NCBI GenBank assembly: GCA_944381075.1
Contig: CALWJT010000004.1
Location: 16,262 to 80,261 of the forward strand
Source of the DNA: an uncultured Clostridia bacterium
Lineage (GTDB): Bacteria; Bacillota; Clostridia; Oscillospirales; CAG-272
DNA: 64,000 bases
Direction: 5' to 3'
This document shows, piece after piece, positions 22,378 to 33,800 of this stretch; the stretch's first letter is position 1, and each line of letters starts with the position of its first letter. The notes under the pieces are model-generated. The model was not told the DNA's origin. It made no database searches and saw nothing but the letters and a program-made list of their open reading frames with translations. The position numbers and the translations under genes were made by a program.

Positions 22378-23766
22378 ATGCAGCTGAAGATCAGCAAGTA
22401 TATCGACGACCATGCGAGCGATATGATTGCAGCGCTGTCGTCTCTTGTTGCCGTTCCGAGCGTGCGGGGAGCAGCAGAACCGGGAATGCCGTATGGGAAG
22501 GAGCCGGCGCGGGCGCTTTCCGTTATGCTGGAAATGGCAGAAAAATATGGTTTTTCCGTAAAAAATCATGAAAATTATATCGGGACCATCGATTTTGATC
22601 CGGCTAAGGAAACGGCACTCGGCGTGCTTTGCCATCTTGACGTCGTTCCGGAGGGTACCGGCTGGACCAATCCGCCGTATACGCTGACGCTTTCGGGGGG
22701 AAAACTGTACGGACGCGGTTCTGCCGACGACAAGGGACCTGCCGTCGCTGTTTTGTTTGCGCTGCGCGCCTTAAGGGAATGCGGATATGAGCTATCCAAA
22801 AATGTGAGATTCATTGTCGGCTGCGACGAAGAGAACGGTTCGTCGGACCTTGCCTATTACCGCAGAAAGGAAGCTTTGCCGCCGCAGGTATTTACGCCGG
22901 ATGGAAGCTTTCCGGTCATCCATTTGGAAAAAGGAATGATTCGGGGAAAAGTGGTAGGGAAGGTGCAGACGGGCGCAAGGAAAACCATTTGTTCCGCTTA
23001 TGGCGGCGCTGCCGTCAATGCGGTCCCGGACCGCGCGTATGCAGTACTGAGCGGCTTTTCGGAGCAAGAGCTTACCGCGGCAAAGGAAGTGCTTCCCAAG
23101 GATGTGGAGGCTTCATTTGAGAGAAAAAATGAAGCCGTTCATGTAACCGTCATGGGGAAAAGCGCGCATGCTTCCACGCCGGAGGAAGGAAAAAACGCGG
23201 TTACGGCTTTGTTTATGCTGCTCGGGGCGCTCCCCAGCGACGATGGCAGCGCCGCGCTTTTTGCAGAGCTTTCCAAAACCTTCCGGTACGCAGAGACCGA
23301 CGGGACCTCTCTCGGCATCCAGGCTTCCGATGAAAAGTCCGGCGCCCTGACATTTGTTTTCAGCGTATTTTCTTTTGAGAACGGCTCCTTTGAAGGACGC
23401 TTTGACATTCGTTTCCCGATTTCGCAGACATCGGCTAAGATACGTACGAAATTTGAGAAAAGTCTGGCAAAGACAGGACTGAAAATCGATGAATGGACAG
23501 CGAGCGAGCCCCATTATGTCGATGAGAACAGTGAATTTGTCCAGACGCTGCTCGCAGTTTATACAGAGCTGACGAGAAAAAAGGGATACTGCATCGCCAT
23601 TGGCGGGGGCACTTATGTCCATGATGTCGACGGAGGCGTCGCTTTTGGTGCAGAATTCCCCGGCGTAGAGAGCCGAATGCACGGGGCAGATGAATTTATT
23701 GCCTTGGAGGATATGCTGTTATCGTCAAAAATTTTTGCGGAAGCAATATGGAAGCTTTGCGGGTAA
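22378..23766 (+). CDS. pepV: M20-family dipeptidase PepV-like
   Basis: ATG at 22378 after GGGAGGAGGA. Motifs HLDVVP, GRGSADDKGP and DEENGS. Confidence 0.85.
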   Translation: MQLKISKYIDDHASDMIAALSSLVAVPSVRGAAEPGMPYGKEPARALSVMLEMAEKYGFSVKNHENYIGTIDFDPAKETALGVLCHLDVVPEGTGWTNPPYTLTLSGGKLYGRGSADDKGPAVAVLFALRALRECGYELSKNVRFIVGCDEENGSSDLAYYRRKEALPPQVFTPDGSFPVIHLEKGMIRGKVVGKVQTGARKTICSAYGGAAVNAVPDRAYAVLSGFSEQELTAAKEVLPKDVEASFERKNEAVHVTVMGKSAHASTPEEGKNAVTALFMLLGALPSDDGSAALFAELSKTFRYAETDGTSLGIQASDEKSGALTFVFSVFSFENGSFEGRFDIRFPISQTSAKIRTKFEKSLAKTGLKIDEWTASEPHYVDENSEFVQTLLAVYTELTRKKGYCIAIGGGTYVHDVDGGVAFGAEFPGVESRMHGADEFIALEDMLLSSKIFAEAIWKLCG

Positions 23767-23771
23767 TTTTC

Positions 23772-24185
23772 ATGGGAAAGAAATTTTTTGCTGTTTTGAT
23801 TTTGTTGATACTGGTTTTCTCGTTTGGCGGCTGCGGAGAGGACAGCTTTACGGTGAGTTTTTCTTTTCAGTGTGAGAGCGAGATTTATGCGGTCCGAGTG
23901 GAATATTATGTGGGCGAGGACGGTGTCGGCGGACAAACGGCCTCTCTTACGCCGGAAAACAATTCTGCATTTGGTAAGGGTGAAGAAGCTACCTTTTCCT
24001 TTGCCGCTGCCGATTTTCCAAAGGGGGCAAAGATCAGGGATTTTCATTTGGAGCTTTATCTCACCTTTGCCGACGGAACGGAAACGCTGGCGGCAAGCCT
24101 TGGCATCGTTGCATCGTATGGAAATTCATATTCTTATACCATTCATGGAAACCGAGAGGATGGCTTTCGCCTGCAAAGAGGATGA
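23772..24185 (+). CDS. Small lipoprotein, function unknown
   Basis: MGKKFFAVLILLILVFSFGGC signal/lipobox. The start is 3 nt after the pepV stop, internal to ORF 23748-24185. Confidence 0.55.
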   Translation: MGKKFFAVLILLILVFSFGGCGEDSFTVSFSFQCESEIYAVRVEYYVGEDGVGGQTASLTPENNSAFGKGEEATFSFAAADFPKGAKIRDFHLELYLTFADGTETLAASLGIVASYGNSYSYTIHGNREDGFRLQRG

Positions 24186-24210
24186 AGGGCGAAATGCAGA
24201 AAAGCGTTGA

Positions 24211-24243
24211 AAAAGCGGTCATGCCAAAGGCATGACCGCTTTT
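24211..24243. terminator. Bidirectional intrinsic terminator between convergent genes
   Basis: Perfect 15-bp stem AAAAGCGGTCATGCC / GGCATGACCGCTTTT with a 3-nt loop. Confidence 0.7.
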
Positions 24244-24328
24244 GAATCTTATATATATTCGGAATCCCGATATTTTCATGTTCAGAATCTATATGAAAAT
24301 GGATATATATAATTTCAGCCGTTTTCTA

Positions 24329-25885
24329 TCATTTTGCATATTCCGCGACGCGGCTTTCGCGGATGACATTGACTTTGATCTGTCCGGGATATTCAAGCTC
24401 TGCTTCGATCTTGTTCGCAATATCTCTTGCGACGACGATCATCTGCTCGTCTCCGACCTGCTCCGGCTTTACCATGATCCGGATTTCACGTCCTGCCTGA
24501 ATGGCATAGGATTTTTCTACACCAGGGAAGCTGTTGGAGATTTCCTCTAAGCGCTGCAATCTCTTGATGTAGCTGTCAAGATCCTCACGTCTGGCGCCCG
24601 GCCTTGCTGCGGATATGGCATCCGCTGCCTGTACGAGCACGGCGATGATGGTTTGCGGTTCAACATCCCCGTGATGCGCTTCGATGGCGTGGAGGACATC
24701 CTTGTTTTCTTTGAATTTTCTTGCGATCTCGACACCAAGCTGGACATGGGAGCCTTCTACCTCTTGCGTGAGGGATTTTCCGATATCGTGCAGCAGCCCT
24801 GCGCGTTTGGCAAGTACGCTGTCGACGCCAAGCTCATTGGCCATGATTCCGGCAAGATATGCGACCTCAACCGAATGGGCAAGTACGTTTTGACCGTAGC
24901 TCGTGCGGTATTTCAATCTGCCAAGGAACCGCACAAGGTCGGGATGCAGTCCGTTGACCCCGATATCGAATGCCGCTTTTTCCCCAGCCTGCTTGATGGA
25001 AAGCTCCACCTCGCGGCGTGCCTTTTCGACCGTTTCTTCGATTCTCGACGGATGAATTCGTCCATCGGAGATCAGCTTTTCCAGCGCGATCCGTGCGATT
25101 TCTCTGCGAATCGGATCGAAGCAGGAAAGCGTAATGGCTTCCGGCGTATCGTCGATGATCAAATCGACTCCCGTAAGAGTCTCGATCTTATGGATGTTTC
25201 GTCCTTCCCGTCCAATAATGCGGCCTTTCATTTCATCGCTCGGCAGCGGAACTACAGACACGGTCGTTTCCGATACCTGATCAGATGCCAGCCTTTGGAT
25301 CGCAAGGGAAATGATGTTCTTTGCCTTTGTGTCAGCTTCGTTATGAAGATCACTTTCAATCTGTGCAAGCTTGACGGCAGCTTCGCGCTTTGCTTCGGTT
25401 TCGATCTTGGAAACCAGCTCTGCCTTTGCTGTTTCAGTCGTATATCCGGAAATTTCCTCCAACCTTGCGAGCTGAGACTGCTTGATCTGTTCGATCTCTT
25501 CCCGCAGCTTTTCATTTTCCTTGATTTTACGGCTCAAAGCCTCGTCCTTACGCTCAAAGTTCTCGATTTTTCTTTCCAGTGTCTCTTCCTTGGCAAGCGC
25601 TTTGTTTTCCAATCTCAAAAGCTCTTGACGGCGTTCCTTGTTTTCGCGCTCCGCTTCGGTTTTAGCCTTCAGGATATCTTCCTTTGCTTCTACGATCATT
25701 TCCTTGCGCTTGGCCTCGCCCGCTTTCATCGCGTCGGAAACGATCCGTTCCGCCTCCTTTTCCGCAGAACCGATTTTCTTTTCGGCCGTCTTTTTTCTCA
25801 TCGTATATCCGATAAGAGCACCGACGAGCATTCCGACAACCAGCGCTGCAACTCCAATGAGAATGGGAATCAGTATGTCTTTCAA
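24329..25885 (-). CDS. rny: Ribonuclease Y
   Basis: N-terminal TM helix, coiled coil, KH ([11 protein letters not shown]) and HD (HDIGK) domains. TTG at 25885 follows GGAGGTG; the longer ORF to 25987 has no RBS. Confidence 0.93.
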   Translation of the reverse strand: MKDILIPILIGVAALVVGMLVGALIGYTMRKKTAEKKIGSAEKEAERIVSDAMKAGEAKRKEMIVEAKEDILKAKTEAERENKERRQELLRLENKALAKEETLERKIENFERKDEALSRKIKENEKLREEIEQIKQSQLARLEEISGYTTETAKAELVSKIETEAKREAAVKLAQIESDLHNEADTKAKNIISLAIQRLASDQVSETTVSVVPLPSDEMKGRIIGREGRNIHKIETLTGVDLIIDDTPEAITLSCFDPIRREIARIALEKLISDGRIHPSRIEETVEKARREVELSIKQAGEKAAFDIGVNGLHPDLVRFLGRLKYRTSYGQNVLAHSVEVAYLAGIMANELGVDSVLAKRAGLLHDIGKSLTQEVEGSHVQLGVEIARKFKENKDVLHAIEAHHGDVEPQTIIAVLVQAADAISAARPGARREDLDSYIKRLQRLEEISNSFPGVEKSYAIQAGREIRIMVKPEQVGDEQMIVVARDIANKIEAELEYPGQIKVNVIRESRVAEYAK

Positions 25886-25993
25886 AACGAATATAACACC
25901 TCCTTTTTTTAACAAATTTTCTGTTTTCAAAGCAACTGGATGATGCGGACAAGCCATGGCAGTATTTTTCAAAAAGACCCGCAACATACTTTT

Positions 25994-26022
25994 ATTATAA
26001 TATATTTATATATTATTGTCAA
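25994..26022 (-). promoter_or_regulatory. Consensus sigma-A promoter for rny
   Basis: Minus strand reads TTGACA (26022-26017), a 17-nt spacer, then TATAAT (25999-25994). Confidence 0.6.
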
Positions 26023-26050
26023 GTAAAATGATTTTAATTGGATTTTCCAC

Positions 26051-26087
26051 AGGAAAAAGAAAACCGCCAGACGATTTGGTCCGGCGG
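26051..26087 (-). terminator. Intrinsic terminator of the 26099-26572 gene
   Basis: Minus strand reads CCGCCGGAC-caaatc-GTCTGGCGG followed by TTTTCTTTTTCC. Confidence 0.5.
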
Positions 26088-26098
26088 CTACAGCCAGC

Positions 26099-26572
26099 TT
26101 ACGGTTTATTTTTGATGAAAAGCTCGACTTTTTCGCTGTTGTTGATAAGGGAAGGCAACAGGAAGCAGTTTCCATTGATATAGTCGGAATTTTGAGCATC
26201 CTCTACCAGTCCTTCGACAAGTCCGCGGACGGCGGCGCTGTCGATCCCTTCGACGATTTCCTCAAGGGCGTTGTCAAGATCCGAATCGGAGTTGAATTCC
26301 AGTATGTAGGCAAATTGATATTGCGTTAAAGCACCAAGATCCAGCAAATCCTTTTTGAAAATATGAAGGGTGCAGGTGATGTCCGCTTCTTCCAGATGGG
26401 CAACGACAGCGGTGGCGGTTTTTGCTTCCTCTTCGTCCTCGCTGAGTTCCACTAATGTCCAGCCGGCATCTGTGAAATTTTTCTTGATTCCGCTGAAGGT
26501 TCCGCAGGATGCAAGCACAAACACGCAGGAAAGCAGGAGCAGTACGGCAAAAATTCGTTTACAGGTCTTCAT
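26099..26572 (-). CDS. Lipoprotein, function unknown
   Basis: MKTCKRIFAVLLLLSCVFVLASC signal/lipobox from the ATG at 26572. Confidence 0.55.
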   Translation of the reverse strand: MKTCKRIFAVLLLLSCVFVLASCGTFSGIKKNFTDAGWTLVELSEDEEEAKTATAVVAHLEEADITCTLHIFKKDLLDLGALTQYQFAYILEFNSDSDLDNALEEIVEGIDSAAVRGLVEGLVEDAQNSDYINGNCFLLPSLINNSEKVELFIKNKP

Positions 26573-26739
26573 AAAATATCCCTCCTGAAGAATTATCTTC
26601 ACACTTATTATATACTTTCTTCACAAAAAAGTCAATAAAAAAACGCTTGTTGGCCTTTTATCAGGGAAAAATTAAAAATTCCAATAAATTTTCATTTTCC
26701 TGTTGCAAATAAAAGCTTTTTGTGATATTCTAATAAAAA

Positions 26740-26997
26740 CAGCATTTGAAAACGCAGAGAAAAAGCGGCTTTGTTTCATCGTGTGGGGAAAAAGAGAAGT
26801 CTGTCACCGGCTGAGAGCAGACGATCCTCACGAAAAAAGCCTTTCGCTTTGGAGCGGGTGCCGTGAAGGAAAGTAGCGGCGCACGGGCAGTCCCGTTACA
26901 GACAAGCAGAGTGTCCGCATAGCGTGCGGAAATTCGGGTGGTACCGCGGAAGCTGATGGCTCCCGTCCCTTTTTGTGGACGGGAGCCTTTTGTTTTT
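26740..26997 (+). promoter_or_regulatory. T-box leader (tRNA-sensing riboswitch) of pheST
   Basis: Conserved T-box sequence AATTCGGGTGGTACCGCGG (26931-26949), then terminator GGCTCCCGTCC / GGACGGGAGCC (26958-26968 / 26977-26987) plus a T-run. Stem-I-like AGAGA and GAAAGTA elements lie upstream. Confidence 0.8.
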
Positions 26998-27031
26998 ATT
27001 CCCATACCGGACGGAAAGGAAAGGAATCAAT

Positions 27032-28042
27032 ATGAAGGAATTGCTGGAAAGCATCAGAAAAAAAGCAATGGAAGAAATTGCTCAATCGGAAGATCCTGAG
27101 GCATTGAGAATTCGATATCTCGGCAAAAAGGGAGAGCTTACGGCCGTGCTCCGCGGCATGGGAAGCGTGCCGCCTGAGGAACGGCCTGTCATTGGTGCGC
27201 TTGCCAATGACATCCGGGAGCAGATCGAAGCGGCGCTTGCCGCCAAGGCGGAGGAAAAGAAGGAAAAGGAGCTTGCGCACAAATTGGAAGCGGAAGCGCT
27301 GGACGTTACGATCCCGGGTACGGCATGTGCGGTCGGGCGCCGTCATCCGCTTGCGCAGACGGAGAACATGCTGCGCGATATCTTTATCGGCATGGGCTTT
27401 TCCGTGGCGGAGGGCCCGGAGGTCGAATACGATTATTATAACTTTGAAGCGCTGAATCTGCCGAAAAACCATCCGGCGCGCGACACGCAGGATACGTTTT
27501 ATATTACAGATAATATCCTTCTGCGCTCTCAGACGTCGCCGGTCCAGGTGCGGACGATGGAGGTGCAGAAGCCGCCGATCCGCGTGATTTCCCCCGGCAG
27601 AGTTTATCGGGCGGATCCTGCCGACGCTACGCATTCGCCGATTTTCCATCAAGTGGAGGGCCTTGTCGTGGACAAGGGCATCACGATGGGAGACCTGAAG
27701 GGGATCCTTGAGCTTTTTGCCAAGCGGATGTTCGGAAAAGAAACAAAGATCCGCTTCCGCCCGCATCATTTCCCGTTCACGGAGCCGTCCGCGGAGGTGG
27801 ATGTGTCCTGCTTTGTCTGCGGCGGAAAAGGCTGCCGGCTCTGCAAAGGCGAGGGCTGGATCGAGATCCTCGGCGCCGGTATGGTGCACCCGTTCGTTCT
27901 TTCCAACTGCGGCATCGATCCTGAGGTATATTCCGGCTTTGCGTTCGGTATGGGCATCGAGCGGATCGCCATGACAAGACTCGGCATCGACGATATGCGC
28001 CTGCTTTATGAGAACGATGTGCGGTTCCTGCATCAATTCTAA
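27032..28042 (+). CDS. pheS: Phenylalanine--tRNA ligase alpha subunit
   Basis: ATG at 27032 ([16 protein letters not shown]). Class II motifs [12 protein letters not shown] and GAGMVHP. Confidence 0.96.
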   Translation: MKELLESIRKKAMEEIAQSEDPEALRIRYLGKKGELTAVLRGMGSVPPEERPVIGALANDIREQIEAALAAKAEEKKEKELAHKLEAEALDVTIPGTACAVGRRHPLAQTENMLRDIFIGMGFSVAEGPEVEYDYYNFEALNLPKNHPARDTQDTFYITDNILLRSQTSPVQVRTMEVQKPPIRVISPGRVYRADPADATHSPIFHQVEGLVVDKGITMGDLKGILELFAKRMFGKETKIRFRPHHFPFTEPSAEVDVSCFVCGGKGCRLCKGEGWIEILGAGMVHPFVLSNCGIDPEVYSGFAFGMGIERIAMTRLGIDDMRLLYENDVRFLHQF

Positions 28043-28063
28043 TCGGAGAAGGAGGAAAAAATC

Positions 28064-30493
28064 ATGATTTTATCGATGAAATGGCTGTCCGACTTTGTGG
28101 ACTGCGAGGATATAGAGATCAAGGATTACTGCGATAGAATGACCGACACCGGCTCCAAGGTGGAGAGCTATACGCTTCTCGGCTCGGAGATCGAAAACGT
28201 GCGGGTCGGGCGGATCGTCAAAATCGAGCGGCATCCGGACGCGGAGCGCTTGGTGGTATGTCAGGTGGACTGCGGGGAGAAGACGCTTCAGGTCATTACG
28301 GCGGCGACCAATGTGTTCGAGGGCGCGTATGTGCCGGTTTGCTATTGTCCGCAGGATGAAAAACGCATCTCGAAGCTGGCTACAGGCGCACAGATCAAGT
28401 CGGGAAAGCTCAGAGGGCTGATTTCTGAGGGGATGTTCTGCTCCATTGAGGAGCTGGGGCTTACCACGCACGATATGCCGGGAGCTGCGACCGACGGGAT
28501 CCTGATCTTAAATGATACCGTGCCGTGCAAGTCGGGCGACGACATTGTGGATGTGCTCATGATGCGTGATCGTGCCGTCGAGTTTGAAATCACGCCGAAC
28601 CGTCCCGATTGTCTTTCCGTTATCGGCCTTGCCAGAGAGAGCGCTGCAAGCTTCGGCAGGGAGTTGAAAATTCCTTCGCCGACTGTGACGGAAGCGGGCG
28701 ACGATGTCCGGAATTATATCGACATTGAAATCAAAGATACCGAAAAATGCTTTCGATACAGCGCGCGTGTGATCAAAAATGTGAAGATCGCGCCGTCGCC
28801 GCTTTGGATGCGTATGCGGCTCCGTGCGTCCGGCGTGCGTCCAATCAATAACATTGTAGATATTACGAATTATGTCATGCTGGAATATGGACAGCCGATG
28901 CATGCCTTCGATTATAAATGTCTTGACGGCAAGCATATCGAGGTGCGCACGGCAGGTGAAAAGGAGACCTTTCTGACGCTGGACGGCCAGAGCCGCGAGC
29001 TTGATGCGGATATGCTGGTCATCGCAGACGGAAAAAAGCCGGTCGGCATTGCCGGCGTCATGGGCGGCGCCAACAGCGAAATCACAGAGGACACCGCGAC
29101 GGTCGTATTTGAATCCGCCATGTTCCTCGGCAGCTCTGTGCGCGTTACGGCGAAGAAGCTCGGCATGCGCACGGACGCTTCCTCCCGCTTTGAGAAGGGG
29201 CTGGACACGGAAAATACCGTGCCGGCGCTGGAGCGCGCCTGCGAGCTCGTCACGCTTCTTGGCGCGGGTGAGGTGGTGTCCGGTATGATCGACATCTATC
29301 CGGAAAAGAAGCAGACGGCGACGGTTCCGTTTGAACCGGAAAAAATCAACCGCTTCCTCGGTATTCACCTTTCCGCAGAAAAAATGACGGAAATTTTGGA
29401 AAGCCTCCATTTTGCGGTGAGAGATGGACAGGTTTACGTCCCCTCTTACCGCGACGATGTGCGCTGTATGAACGATGTCGCGGAAGAGGTGGTCCGCATC
29501 TACGGCTATAATGAGATCGAATCCGGCAGCATCGTCGCCGCGATGACGCAGGGAGGGCTGACGGACAGGCAGAAGTTTACCGACGATGTCCATGGTTTGC
29601 TCTGCGGCTTCGGACTCGATGAAATCTATACCTATTCCTTTATGTCGGCGAAGCTGTACGACAAGGCGGGGCTTGCGCCGGACGATGCGCGCCGGCGCAG
29701 CGTGGAGATCCTGAACCCGTTCGGTGAGGACTCCAAAACCATGCGCACGACAGCGATTCCGTCGATGCTGGAAACGCTGGAGATCAACTGCAACAAGGGC
29801 GCGGAAAAGGCGGCGCTCTACGAAATGGCGAGGGTTTTCCTGCCGCGTGAAAACGTCGTGACGAATATCCACGGACTTGCGGGAACATTGCCGGACGAAC
29901 GGATCAAAATCATGATCGGTCTTTATGGCACGGGGGATTTTTATCGTCTCAAGGGCATGTGCGAGGCGATCTTCCGCTATGCAGGAGCGGAGGTGAAATT
30001 TACAAGGGAGACGTCGAACCCGACGTTCCATCCCGGACGATGCGCCGTCGTCACCTCGGCGGACGGCATGCGCCTTGGCATCTTAGGCGAGCTGCATCCG
30101 ACCGTCGTCCGCAACTATACGTTTGCGGCGCCGGTCTGTCTTGCGGAGCTGGACATGGAGAATCTTTTCGCTGTGTCAGACCGGAAGAAAACGTACCATC
30201 CGCTCCCGAAATTTCCTTCGGTCACACGGGATTTCTCGTTTGTCTGCGAGGAACAGGTCACCGTCGGCGAAATCGAGGATGCAATGCGCGCGTCCGGTGT
30301 TTCGCTGATCGAAAATATCGTGTTTTTTGATGTTTATCGCGGCGCTCAGCTCGGCGCAGGCAAAAAAAGCGTATCGTTTTCCGTTTCTCTGCGCAGTGCA
30401 GACCATACGCTGACCGTAGAAGAAGCCGACCGCGCAGCCGCAAAGATCCTGCGCGGGGTGGAAAGAGCGCTTGGCATCACCATCCGGCAGTGA
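28064..30493 (+). CDS. pheT: Phenylalanine--tRNA ligase beta subunit
   Basis: 809 aa with MKWLSDFVD at the N-terminus. RBS GAAGGAGGA upstream. Confidence 0.96.
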   Translation: MILSMKWLSDFVDCEDIEIKDYCDRMTDTGSKVESYTLLGSEIENVRVGRIVKIERHPDAERLVVCQVDCGEKTLQVITAATNVFEGAYVPVCYCPQDEKRISKLATGAQIKSGKLRGLISEGMFCSIEELGLTTHDMPGAATDGILILNDTVPCKSGDDIVDVLMMRDRAVEFEITPNRPDCLSVIGLARESAASFGRELKIPSPTVTEAGDDVRNYIDIEIKDTEKCFRYSARVIKNVKIAPSPLWMRMRLRASGVRPINNIVDITNYVMLEYGQPMHAFDYKCLDGKHIEVRTAGEKETFLTLDGQSRELDADMLVIADGKKPVGIAGVMGGANSEITEDTATVVFESAMFLGSSVRVTAKKLGMRTDASSRFEKGLDTENTVPALERACELVTLLGAGEVVSGMIDIYPEKKQTATVPFEPEKINRFLGIHLSAEKMTEILESLHFAVRDGQVYVPSYRDDVRCMNDVAEEVVRIYGYNEIESGSIVAAMTQGGLTDRQKFTDDVHGLLCGFGLDEIYTYSFMSAKLYDKAGLAPDDARRRSVEILNPFGEDSKTMRTTAIPSMLETLEINCNKGAEKAALYEMARVFLPRENVVTNIHGLAGTLPDERIKIMIGLYGTGDFYRLKGMCEAIFRYAGAEVKFTRETSNPTFHPGRCAVVTSADGMRLGILGELHPTVVRNYTFAAPVCLAELDMENLFAVSDRKKTYHPLPKFPSVTRDFSFVCEEQVTVGEIEDAMRASGVSLIENIVFFDVYRGAQLGAGKKSVSFSVSLRSADHTLTVEEADRAAAKILRGVERALGITIRQ

Positions 30494-30509
30494 AAGACAA
30501 AGGAATTTC

Positions 30510-30540
30510 TGCGCGCCCGAATATCGGGCGCGCATTTTTC
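30510..30540 (+). terminator. pheST intrinsic terminator
   Basis: TGCGCGCCCGA-ata-TCGGGCGCGCA followed by TTTTTC. Confidence 0.7.
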
Positions 30541-30565
30541 TTCCTATTTATATAATATAGCAGAT

Positions 30566-30739
30566 CTGTGGAATGTTTCAGTTTTGTTACAAATCGGGAA
30601 GGTCCGTTGACAAAAAGCCGATGCCGGCGTATGATAATACCGGAAAGCCTGTGAAATCCGATGAAATCGTCTGTGAATGTTACAGTTATGTTACAAATCG
30701 AGAAAAGGACTTGCAATTTTTCCTCGGATGTAGTAGGAT
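30566..30739 (+). promoter_or_regulatory. Tandemly duplicated promoter module upstream of the SLH gene
   Basis: Two ~46-nt direct repeats (30566-30612, 30671-30716) each end in a -35 box. P1 is TTGACA-17-TATGAT (30607-30635); P2 is TTGCAA-17-TAGGAT (30711-30739). Confidence 0.6.
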
Positions 30740-30804
30740 AGTTACACTAAGTATGACTGGTGGAATCCTATTCGCCGGTTACTTAAATAATTAGGAGGAA
30801 TACT

Positions 30805-33800
30805 ATGAAGAACTTCAAGCGAATTCTTGCACTTGTGATCGCTGTCATTATGGTAGTGGGCACAACTGCAGGCTTGTCTGCTGCTGGCGGCAAGTGGTAC
30901 AGCAAAGCGGTTGCTTTTATTGAAAACAACAGCATTGCAATCATTGGCTCGCATGCAGATGACAAGCTGACCAGAAACGAATTCGTGCTTTGGGTTGCGA
31001 AACTCGAGTCTCACCAGCTGAGTGATGCTGCGTGGAACGACGAGATCGCCGGCACATCCTTCTCGGATGTAACGGAAGAGCATCACAGAGCCGCGATTGC
31101 GTATTCTGAAAGACGTGGCTTCATCATCGGAAACGGTGACGGAACCTTCAGCCCTGACAAATATGTCACGCTGGCTGAGGCTTGCGCGGTTATCGTTCGT
31201 CTGATGGGCTACGAGAACAAGGTGGACGATACGTCTGACGAAAACTGGAAGTACAATTACATGGAGGTTGCGAATACATATGCCCATGCGATTGACGAGG
31301 TTTTCCTCAAAGAGACGGATACGTACAATCCTGACTACGAGCTTTCGTATGGAGAAGCGGCTTACCTTCTCGCTACGATCATGAACTTCAACAAGACTCC
31401 CACGGATTCGGATTACTCCGAGACCTCCGACGGCATCAACCTCGGCGAATGGTTTGAGTTGAACGGCGGTTCTATGGGCACAGTCGGCAAGGCTTACTTG
31501 GTTTCTGATATCCATAGAGTAAGTTGGGGCGAATCCCTCTCTACGCTGGTTCACCTCGGCGGAAAGAAGGGCGAGATTTTCACCAACGAGCTGAATACGG
31601 CAGCAAGCGTTACGCTTCTTGCAGCGGATGGCTCCGGTGAAAGGCTGGTTATCGACGGAGAAGCTTTCCTGAAATTGCTCAGAGTTTCTCTTGGTCTGGA
31701 TCCTATCAGAGACATTGCAAATGAGGAAGCAGAAATCAACGTATTTGCTTACGCTGATATCGGTTCTCTTATTAACGTTGTCGTTGACAAGAGCGCTTCC
31801 GGACAAAACGCTACCTCCATTCCTGCTGCAGGAGGAGAGGGAAGCAGAGTTACGGTTACTTCCGTAAATCCTTCTGAAAATAGCGTTATTGTCGATACCT
31901 ATCTTCAGGCCACAAGCGCACAGCTGGGCACACCCTACGGTGATGGCTCTGTCGGCGCAACGTCCGAGACGAACCTGATTATTTCGGCGAATGATCTTTC
32001 CAAGTTTGTTGGCTGGACCATCCGCGAAATCGGTACGACGGAGAATACCGTTCCGGTTCTTCCTGCAACGTACGATGAATCTCTTGCTACCTCTTGGACG
32101 AACATCGTAAGAGATAAAGACGATGTCATTACCTCTGCGGTGCTGAACTTCAAGGGAGTCAGCTACAAGATCGATGGAACGAATAATGAGATCGACATCT
32201 ATATGGGTGATGACCTCACAACAGTTCTGACGCCTGATGAAGCGGTGAACAAAATCATCAACGCGGCACAGGGTGAGTGCTATGTCGTATTCAATGACAT
32301 TGACGGCGATGGAAAATATGACAATGCGGTTGTAAAGGAATCTGATCCGTTCTATTATATTGGTACGCCGAACGTACAGGGCGCTACTACAAACGCATAT
32401 GACTACTACTCTTCCATCAGCGGCGGCACCATTATCGGCAACGCTCAGATGAAGGGCAACAACCTCGGCGTCGTGATTTGGAACAAGAAGGTCGAATTTG
32501 CTGCGGGCGGTACCAGCGGAGTTGCTGACTATCGTACCGACGGTTATAAGCTTGTTGACAGCAATACCGGTAAGATGCAGCTCGTCCTAAGACCTTCTAA
32601 CAAGCACTTCTTTATTGATGGTGCTACAGCGGCTTACGGCAACGCTACTCCTCACTTCTATCAGGTGGTGGATCTTGCAACGTTTGGCGTAGGCGTGATT
32701 GAAGAGATTGACGCTTTCGCGCTTGACGATTACTTTATCGCAAAGATCGCGCAAACGGACGGTACGACCAAAACGGTCTATATCCCTGTCACTCCGAACG
32801 AGAAAACCACCTTTACGGTTTCGGTCGGCGGCGCTTCTGCGGAGTATGTCTTTGACAGCTCTACATGGTGCCAGTTCCTCACTGAGGACGTAAGAGAAGC
32901 TATCGTTGATAGCGGTATCGTTTCCGGCGTTCAGGATCCTGGATATAAGCAGGCGACGGCTGCTTGGATGGTAGGAAAGTATGTCCAGTTCGCGACCAAT
33001 GAAGACAACGAGGTCGTTGTTATTCTTGGTACGGACAGCACCACATCGACAAGCGGTTTTGTGACCGGTGTTCAGAAGACCGAAACGGGCGATAATACCT
33101 ACAATGTTTCGATCGCTACTTCTGGCTCTGGCACAGTTGAGAATGAAGCATATTATCTGGAAGCTGCGCTTCAGACTTCTGGAGCGAATGCAGGCAAGTA
33201 TGTTGTAACGACTCCTTGGGCTGCAATCGGTCAGGAATGGGGTGAGATTACGCAGTGGACCTATGATACGGTTCAGTGGGGCAAGCTCAATGTGTTCCGT
33301 GGCTGGACCAACTACTACGCTCATTATGGCATTAACGGCGCAAGATCACTTCTTTACAGCGATAACAACGGTACCCCGAACATGGGCGACGGTATTCATG
33401 CTGCGCTGAACGGCAACGATGGATATAACAAATGGACAGTAGGTACGGACGGTATTGTCCGTGATCAAGATGGAAAACAAGTTGCTTTCCAGAGAAAGAC
33501 AGAGGCTCGCTTTGGCGTAGGAGGCGTTTCGACCTATGAGGTCAGAGCTTCCGCATCCTCCATGTTCGACTGGGATAACTATGAGGTTTACAATGCGATC
33601 TTCGCAGGCAAACTGGGCGATCCCAATGGGATGAAAGACGGCAAGGTTAATCCGGGCGAAGACCTGATCTATGTTACGGTCATGCAGGATGCCGGTTCGC
33701 TGAAATACCTGAAATATGGCGACAATACCAATGGTTCCTCCAGCTTGCTGAGAAATGACCCGAGCAGTGGAATCAGAGAAGCATATTATACGTCTGGTAC

